5,118 bases of DNA, from the NCBI GenBank assembly GCA_018136815.1, contig CM030932.1:7498001-7503118 (forward strand), given 5' to 3'. The stretch comes from Isochrysis galbana (taxonomy: Eukaryota). Shown here in pieces: positions 1 through 4,694 of this stretch (the stretch's first letter is position 1; every line of letters begins with the position of its first letter). The position numbers and the translations under genes are program-made. The notes beneath the pieces are model-generated. The model saw nothing but the letters and a program-made list of their open reading frames with translations. It had not been told where the DNA came from and ran no database searches.

Positions 1-226
1 TGGCACAGGAGATGTGGTGAGCTAAGTGGGGCTGTGGCTGTGGAGTGGCGAGTGTGACGGACTGGAGGTTATGGATGGGACAGAAGGAACCGGATGCCGG
101 ATGGGACGGAAGGCAGGCGGCGGAAGGCACGGCCTTTTGGGCATTGGCGGGTTGGACGGGCTGATCACCTCCCATGGCTGGGGGATGGATGGCGGGCAGT
201 GGCGAGGGCGAGCGCGAGGACGGAGC

Positions 227-269
227 AGGTCGTTTGCCTTCATTTGGTACCCCTCGTTTCCAAATACGC
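227..269 (+). repeat. 43-bp dispersed repeat, copy A
   Basis: AGGTCGTTTGCCTTCATTTGGTACCCCTCGTTTCCAAATACGC matches copy B at 41 of 43 positions. Confidence 0.9.
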
Positions 270-303
270 GATGCGGGGCCACCACGAGGGAGTCCCAATC
301 CTA

Positions 304-325
304 GGGGTGGGAGGGCGAGGGAGGG
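304..325 (+). other. Canonical G-quadruplex motif on the + strand
   Basis: GGGGTGGGAGGGCGAGGGAGGG has five G3+ runs with 1-3 nt loops. Confidence 0.6.
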
Positions 326-368
326 TGAAGGCGCGGGGGCGGCCCCAGTCTCGGCCGCGTCACAGGTA

Positions 369-411
369 CCCCTCCTGCCCCTGCGCCCTGTCCCTGCGCC
401 CCTGCTCTCCC
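369..411 (-). other. C-rich block (G-quadruplex motif on the - strand, i-motif potential on +)
   Basis: CCCCTCCTGCCCCTGCGCCCTGTCCCTGCGCCCCTGCTCTCCC has six C3+ runs with loops of 3-6 nt. Confidence 0.55.
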
Positions 412-481
412 TCTTTGTCGACCCCACCTCTCCCTCCGCCCCCTCGACTCCGGAGTGCTCCTGGAATGTGATTCCCGCCCG

Positions 482-524
482 AGGTCGTATGCCTTCGTTT
501 GGTACCCCTCGTTTCCAAATACGC
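482..524 (+). repeat. 43-bp dispersed repeat, copy B (direct, 255 bp from copy A)
   Basis: AGGTCGTATGCCTTCGTTTGGTACCCCTCGTTTCCAAATACGC. The flanks of A and B are unrelated, so only this core is repeated. Confidence 0.9.
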
Positions 525-914
525 TCCCGGTACAAAAAAATCTTCTAGTATTTGAGTAAAGGCAGACACCCACCTCACAGTGCTCAACCATGTCTACAAA
601 TGGAAGGGACGGGCAACAACGACGAGCGGGGCGACCCTAGCCACGGCCGCCACTCCACATCAATCGCGGCGACACTAGAAACATTCGACGGCTCGGAATT
701 GGAACCAGCCTGAACCCGAGCCACTTGGCTGGATTGTCGGTCGCGCGCTTGAGATAGGAGAGAGGCGGCGGACGCGGCCGGACGAGTCGGAGTACGACGG
801 CAGTAGTCGAGGACGACGGGCATCCACTGCATCGCCATCGCACCGGCGATACCCACGTAGGTACGGCTGCGCATCAAGCCGCGGTGAGGGGACATGGGTA
901 GGTTTGCCGGTTAC

Positions 915-1280
915 CAAATCTTCGCCCTCCGAACGGGTAGTGCAACGGTCCCATTCCGCGGACGCAGTTTCTTTGGCGAAACCTTTTGCCCCAGCAGCGA
1001 ATGACTGGTCGCACTTAGCGATCAGCACATCAGCATGCAGGCACGGGTTAGCGCAAAGGACCGAGTCCCTAACCGCATCGAGGACATAGGCCATGATGCG
1101 AGGGTGGCCCTTCTTTGGATCGCGAGCGGCGAGGAGCAGGCCATTGAGAGCGTCATGCCAGTCCACGCCCGAGGTGAGTGAGCCTTCGAGTGCGCGGATC
1201 AACTGCATGCGGAATCCATCCCAGGACGCTGCCGCCTTATTCGGGTCGGTAGAGCGTAGGTCGGCGGGGAAGCGTAGCGA
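915..1280 (-). CDS. Probable internal or terminal exon of an unidentified protein (boundaries tentative)
   Basis: This is the - strand frame of supplied ORF 675..1208, which stays open upstream to 1295. A candidate acceptor cccagcctgcAG| sits at 1282..1281 and a candidate donor TTG|GTAACC at 914..913. The translation is SLRFPADLRSTDPNKAAASWDGFRMQLIRALEGSLTSGVDWHDALNGLLLAARDPKKGHPRIMAYVLDAVRDSVLCANPCLHADVLIAKCDQSFAAGAKGFAKETASAEWDRCTTRSEGEDL. Its composition is balanced and helical-looking and its codons are mostly G/C-ending. The same frame below 915 turns Arg/Ser/Pro-rich and junk-like. I recognise no family. Confidence 0.4.
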
Positions 1281-1372
1281 CTGCAGGCTGGGGAGTCAGC
1301 TCGAGGGCAGGCCCATGCTGGGCGTGGGAGTGCGAGTCTCGGCCCGCGCCCACTAGGGGTCTAGGCCAGAGT

Positions 1373-1418
1373 GTTGATTGCCCAGCCCCTGCCAAAGGGC
1401 AGGGGCTGGGGTTGATTG
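1373..1418. repeat. 30-bp perfect palindrome flanked by 8-bp direct repeats (miniature foldback or TSD-like structure)
   Basis: GTTGATTG (1373..1380) is followed by CCCAGCCCCTGCC (1381..1393), AAAG, GGCAGGGGCTGGG (1398..1410), then GTTGATTG (1411..1418). The 13-bp arms are exact reverse complements and the 8-bp flanks are identical. Confidence 0.85.
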
Positions 1419-1647
1419 TACGGGCCCACCCCGGGGGGTGTCCGCGATGGAGAGAGGGGGGCGCGAGGCCCCCATTGACCCCCACTTATAAAAGTAGGTT
1501 GCGCCTTGTTGGTCACACTGGGGGTAGTCGCCGCGCTCGTAGCGGTGGTCGTCTTTGTCATCAGGACCGTGACCAAGCGATTATCCACAGCGAATGCAAA
1601 CTTAGGAGACTCCCTCTCCCCCCCATGAGGCAAGGGAAGAAACCGGA

Positions 1648-1672
1648 GGAAAAGGAGACCAAATGAAGGCAA
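1648..1672 (-). repeat. Partial third copy of the same repeat, inverted orientation
   Basis: The - strand reads TTGCCTTCATTTGGT-CTCCTTTTCC. The first 15 nt (1672..1658) are identical to 234..248 of copy A. The next 10 nt resemble CTCGTTTCC of the core after a deletion of about 4 nt. Confidence 0.7.
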
Positions 1673-1688
1673 GCCACCTGCCCACCAC

Positions 1689-1988
1689 CCAGCGGCAGAA
1701 GATGATTTCTGCTTTGGATGGTGGGTTCCCGCCAGATCCAGATGCGCCGTGAGGCGCTCTGGCAAGATCTTGGGCTTTTCTACTCGCTGCAGAGTAGGGA
1801 GCTACGACGTGGCCCGTCCTGAGGCCGCCCACGGGTCTCGCCTCATCGATCAGCGTCGAATCTAGCACTGTCAGAGAGAGGAGGGCCGCGAGGGCAGCCT
1901 CAACGCGGAGACTCGTCAGCCACGCGTGGACGGCCGCGTCTGTGAGCTGGTCCTGGTTCTCGATGCCGAGTTCGAGTGAGGGCAAATC
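1689..1988 (-). CDS. Probable exon of the same unidentified - strand gene (boundaries tentative)
   Basis: This lies within supplied ORF 1602..2213, whose start is TTG rather than ATG. A strong candidate acceptor ctcctcgcAG| sits at 1990..1989, and a phase-0 candidate donor TGG|GTGGTG at 1688..1687. The translation is DLPSLELGIENQDQLTDAAVHAWLTSLRVEAALAALLSLTVLDSTLIDEARPVGGLRTGHVVAPYSAASRKAQDLARAPHGASGSGGNPPSKAEIIFCRW. It would join in frame to the 1280 exon. No in-frame ATG exists anywhere in 1602..2213. Confidence 0.33.
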
Positions 1989-2556
1989 CTGCGAGGAGCG
2001 GGGCGGGATGGTCGGGGCGGGGTCTGTGGCAGCCAGGGTAGCCGCGTGCGCGCGCTGTGAGGAGCTGGGTGGGCTGCGCGGGCCATGATGCCAGAGGGTC
2101 AGGGGGTGGTCGGACTGTCGGCAGCCCGACACGGCGCTGCATCGGGCGGGAATCAAATGCCGAATGCAGCTAAGATATAAAGGAACCGATCCCCCCGCGG
2201 GCGCGACCGCCAATTCTTTACGGGTAGAGCGTGAGCGCGCGTGACGGAGGGGGGGAAAGGGGGGGAGAATCGCACCATTTTCTGGCGACGATTTTCGTGG
2301 CGGCAGGTGGCCCCCCCTGAAGGTTTTTTATTGGGCCTCGCGCCACGGTCAAAAAATGCAGCCCAACCCTTACTAATAGTTAAAAAGCCCCTGTTTGACA
2401 GCCCTACCTATGGCGATGGGGATGGGGGGGGGTGTCCGGTTTTCTTGTTGTCCTAGTTTGATTCTAGTGCTGAGAGACCGTGCCTCATCGGCAACGGAGC
2501 CCCTACCCCGCGATGGGGGTGTGCGCGGTTGGCGCATGGCTCGTTCGGTGTATGTG

Positions 2557-2604
2557 GCTAGGGATCCTAGGGGCCTAGGGATCTAGGGATGCTAGATGCT
2601 AGCC
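2557..2604. repeat. Periodic CTAG(GG) array in the 5' flank of the co-chaperone-like gene (candidate cis-regulatory cluster)
   Basis: GCTAGGGATCCTAGGGGCCTAGGGATCTAGGGATGCTAGATGCTAGCC. CTAG starts at 2558, 2567, 2575, 2583, 2592 and 2599, with spacing of 7-9 bp. The first four read CTAGGG. Embedded 6-bp palindromes are GGATCC, CCTAGG twice, and GCTAGC. Confidence 0.85.
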
Positions 2605-2633
2605 AACAAGATGCTCTACAACACTACTACTAG

Positions 2634-2641
2634 TATAATAT
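2634..2641 (+). promoter_or_regulatory. TATA-like element (TATAATAT) about 100 nt upstream of ATG 2739
   Basis: This is the only AT-rich block between the CTAG array and the start codon, and its position is compatible with a core promoter and a 5' UTR of about 70 nt. The call is positional only. Confidence 0.25.
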
Positions 2642-2738
2642 TGCTCCTCGAGTACTCCAGGCGTCTGGGCGCCTCGGACGCCTTCCGCGAAGCTTCTCGA
2701 GCGAAGAAGCGGAGGAGCGCGGCTCTCAGTCGCTCGCG

Positions 2739-3722
2739 ATGGCTCCGCTCGCCGCTCTCGCCGCCGCGGCCACACTTCTCGTGACGCCGGCGCATGCGTG
2801 GGGCGTGGGGCGGGTGTGGGCGCCGGTCACGTCCACCGCGTGCACACGACCCTCCGCGCGCATGACCGTGAGCGAGAGGAAGGAGGTGGACACGATGCGG
2901 CTCTCGGAGCTCAAGGAGGAGCTCGACCATCTTGGCGTGCAGTGGAGGGGCGTCTGCTTTGAGAAGGCTGAATTGGCCGACGCGCTCCGCGCAGCCCGGC
3001 TCTCACCACCAACCTCGCCGGCCCCGGACCCCTCGGCCCCGGTCCCCTCGGCCCCGCCGCCCCCTTCGGCCGATCGAGCGCAGCCGGCAGCGTCTGACAT
3101 CGAGTCCATGAACCTTAAGGCCATCAAGGAGGAATTGAAGAAGCGAGGCGTTCCGACTCAGGGCTTCTTCGAGAAGACTGAGTTTGTGCAGGCGCTCGTG
3201 AATGCCCGGGATCGCAAGGTAGGCGACGAGGCAATGCACGGTGGCGGCTCCGGCGCGACTGTTGACGATTCGGACGTCGTCGTGGGCGAGACGAAAAAGA
3301 TGCCAAAGGGTGGAGCGGCGGCTGGCCGCACGCCTGGCGGCATAGGTGGGATGCCCGGAGGCATGGGTGGGATGCCCGGAGGCATGGGCGGCGTGCCTGG
3401 TGGCATGGGTGGCATTGCTGACGTGCTCGCGGGCCTCGGTGGCTTGGGCGGGATGCCCGGCGGCATGGGCGGGATGCCCGGAGGCATGGGCGGCATGCCC
3501 GGAGGCATGGGCGGCATGCCCGGAGGCATGGGCGGCATGCCCGGAGGCATGGGTGGGATGGGCGGGCTTGGGGACATGTTCGGTAAGATAATGTCGAATC
3601 CGCGCGCGATGGCTCTGATGCAAAAGGTACAGTCCAACCCGAAGATCATGGCGGCATTGCGAGACGTCCAGACCAAGGGCTTCAGCCAGGCCGCAATGGC
3701 CAAGTACGCGAATGACCCTGAG
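2739..3722 (+). CDS. Exon 1 (328 codons) of an Hsp70 co-chaperone-like protein: targeting peptide, 2x SAP-like (MANF C-terminal-like) motif, Pro-rich linker, GGMP repeats, start of an STI1/DP domain (Hip/ST13-like C-terminal half)
   Basis: This is the first ATG after an in-frame TAA at 2637..2639, in good context (G at -3, G at +4). The 984-nt frame is open with mostly G/C-ending codons. Motifs read directly from the translation: MAPLAALAAAATLLVTPAHA (hydrophobic, AXA end); MRLSELKEELDHLGVQWRGVCFEKAELADALRAAR and MNLKAIKEELKKRGVPTQGFFEKTEFVQALVNAR (duplicated SAP-like helices); PPTSPAPDPSAPVPSAPPPPS linker; (MPGGMGG)n; MSNPRAMALMQKVQSNPKIMAALRDVQ...AMAKYANDPE (DP/STI1 pattern). The exon ends at GAG|GTGAGA. 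Confidence 0.8.
3333..3572 (+). repeat. Coding 21-bp tandem repeat (ATGCCCGGAGGCATGGGCGGC, encoding MPGGMGG) in two blocks
   Basis: Block 1 spans 3333..3413 with about 3 units. Block 2 spans 3432..3572 with five full units at 3453..3557, and the three units at 3474..3536 are identical at the nucleotide level. The blocks are separated by IADVLAGLGGLGG. Confidence 0.9.
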
Positions 3723-3861
3723 GTGAGATCATATTGCTTGCCCAAGCCGTGTGCACCCATAGACCAACGTCGTGCATCAACGTGATGTAGGCTCACCGTG
3801 CGTACTTGTAGACGAGCCTCCCCATAGTGAAGTGCTCACAGCCCTCCGCCTCCCATGGCAG
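3723..3861 (+). other. Intron (139 nt, GT..AG) of the co-chaperone-like gene
   Basis: The donor is GAG|GTGAGA at 3723 and the acceptor is CAG| ending at 3861. Splicing restores a conserved-looking domain end. The intron interior is less codon-like and contains the read-through stop at 3783..3785. Confidence 0.6.
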
Positions 3862-3900
3862 ATCATGTCGCTTCTGCGCGAGTTCCAGCAGATCATGTGA
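3862..3900 (+). CDS. Exon 2 (12 codons plus stop) completing the STI1/DP domain: IMSLLREFQQIM*
   Basis: The acceptor is ccctccgcctcccatggcAG| at 3860..3861, preceded by a pyrimidine-rich tract. Phase 0 joins to phase 0. The joined peptide AMAKYANDPE-IMSLLREFQQIM continues the xNP/DPxxMxxL periodicity. From memory it parallels the human Hip C-terminus (NMSKYQSNPKVMNLISKL). Read-through instead gives VRSYCLPKPCAPIDQRRAST, which has no such pattern. Confidence 0.6.
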   Translation: MMSLLREFQQIM

Positions 3901-4510
3901 GCATCGACCCTGCTGCCCGGAACACGCTTTTTACTTTTGACGACGCGCAGATTCAAGTGCACGCCTTCCACCCCTGAGGCAATCACCGCCAAAATGAACT
4001 CATCATGACTCTAAGTCGAAGCTCTCAAAGCCCCGTGCCAACTACATGTGGTGCAACTGAGATGGATGGTGAACCGTGTCATGCCTCCCCTACGCATGCA
4101 GCGGTTTGTGCCCTATTGCAACATGCCCCGCATGCACACACAAAGCATTGTGTGATCGGCACGATCATGATGGTCTCACTCATTGATCTGTAGAAGCCTT
4201 TTGATATTTTCGCACACTGCGCCCGATAAGTCTTCCGGAGGCCAGACTCCGCTGATGTGAATGTGAATGAACGAAAGTCGAATGAATAATGATCGACCGC
4301 CTGCAGTGTAATGATAATAATTATTTTACTGAGACTCAGTACCGCTACTGCCACGAGCTTGGTACAAACCCAACAACCCGTAGTGCACTTAACCGTACAC
4401 GACGCCCCCCCCCCCGCCTTTTCCCGCGCGCGGACGGTTCCTTAGGTCGCGTCCCCTCCGGGACTCGTCGTCCCCGGTTGCTCTCGTGCCGGTCCCTTTG
4501 TCCTTTGTGT

Positions 4511-4549
4511 CGGATCCAGAGTATTTCCACAATACTCTAGACGGATCCG
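4511..4549. repeat. Hairpin/palindrome flanked by CGGATCC
   Basis: CGGATCC AGAGTATT tccac AATACTCT agac GGATCCG. The inner 8-bp arms are exact reverse complements. The outer 7-bp arms pair as well, and because GGATCC is self-complementary they also read as direct repeats of CGGATCC at 4511..4517 and 4542..4548. Confidence 0.8.
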
Positions 4550-4628
4550 ATGGCTTGTGTGTCTTTTAACTTTAGGATGCGCATTGTTTCTTGAGGGGTG
4601 ATCGCCGTTTACTTCGGGACTCTTCGTT

Positions 4629-4694
4629 ATGGCTTCATTTCGGTTGGCTGTATTCTTCTCCGGACTCGTTTCTTTGATTGTGGCGACTGTTTAC
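4629..4694 (+). CDS. Speculative first exon of a downstream gene encoding a hydrophobic N-terminus (signal peptide or TM anchor)
   Basis: The ATG at 4629 opens MASFRLAVFFSGLVSLIVATVY, followed immediately by a consensus donor TAC|GTGAGT at 4695. A second GTGAGT lies at 4735. This ORF is too short for the supplied track. Codon third positions are only about half G/C, unlike the confirmed gene, and no convincing downstream exon lies in the window. Confidence 0.2.

Noticed and set aside
22-591. Six overlapping ORFs in the first 600 bp (22..285 -, 26..304 +, 94..471 +, 174..548 +, 301..591 -, 360..587 -)
   Set aside because: Their translations are Gly/Arg/Pro/Ser-rich junk and all frames are open simultaneously because of the G-rich/C-rich skew. 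The shared peptide VFGNEGYQ comes from the 43-bp DNA repeat, not from a conserved protein.
584-895. ORFs 584..895 - and 637..843 -, plus the tail of ORF 675..1208 - below 915, as further exons
   Set aside because: Composition degrades to Arg/Ser/Pro-rich sequence. The only splice combination I found (donor 914, acceptor near 873) implies an implausibly short intron of about 40 nt. The 3' end of the - strand gene is left unresolved.
1487-1494. Canonical TATAAAAG on the + strand, and TATAAAG at 2176..2182
   Set aside because: No + strand ORF or recognisable ncRNA (no U6-like or tRNA-like sequence) follows 1487. The 2176 element could serve the - strand gene, since ATGs at 2142 and 2086 lie downstream in that direction, but neither ATG is in the coding frame. 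These are isolated 7-8-mers in 5 kb and could be chance.
904-2142. ORFs 904..1089 +, 1093..1356 +, 1237..1485 -, 1361..1765 -, 1412..1666 + and 1900..2142 -
   Set aside because: They are antisense to, or frame-shifted against, the better - strand frame. Their composition is Arg/Pro/Ser/Gly-rich, and several run through the palindrome and repeat copy that I place in an intron.
2557-2604. CTAGGG array as telomeric repeat or CRISPR-like array; GGMP repeat as CRISPR
   Set aside because: The units are 7-9 bp with no spacers, the array is only about 45 bp long, and it is interstitial. CTAGGG is not a perfect TTAGGG-type tract. The 21-bp repeat is in frame, contiguous and translated. Nothing here has a repeat-spacer architecture or neighbouring cas-like ORFs.
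2648-2700. Cluster of small palindromes in the putative 5' UTR (CTCGAG twice, AGGCGTC..GACGCCT stem at 2659..2683, GAAGCTTC)
   Set aside because: The stems are only 6-8 bp in GC-rich sequence, so they are expected fairly often by chance. I note them as a possible 5' UTR hairpin but the support is not strong enough for a finding.
2241-2784. ORFs 2241..2456 +, 2395..2586 +, 2596..2784 + and 2616..2930 - in the intergenic/5' region
   Set aside because: ORF 2241 starts at GTG. The translations are dominated by homopolymer and CTAG-array sequence. ORF 2596..2784 is out of frame with, and overlaps, the well-supported ATG at 2739. ORF 2616..2930 and ORF 2726..3127 are antisense Arg/Gly-rich artefacts.
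3723-3785. Read-through C-terminus of the supplied 348-aa ORF (VRSYCLPKPCAPIDQRRAST)
   Set aside because: It begins exactly at a consensus GTGAGA donor and breaks the STI1/DP pattern. The spliced alternative completes the domain.
3003-3796. Long ORFs overlapping or antisense to the GGMP repeat (3003..3623 -, 3158..3796 -, 3346..3591 +, 3124..3306 -)
   Set aside because: They are low-complexity mirror products of the 21-bp repeat (HASGHAA..., PPMPPGM..., CPEAWAA...). They exist only because a GC-rich in-phase repeat lacks stops in other frames. The + frame starting at 2739 carries recognisable domains on both sides of the repeat.
3809-3812. Alternative acceptor TTGTAG| at 3811
   Set aside because: An exon starting at 3812 is out of frame with the IMSLLREFQQIM reading (50 nt offset). 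It gives TSLPIVKCSQPSASHGRSCRFCASSSRSCEHRPCCPEHAFYF, which has no domain logic.
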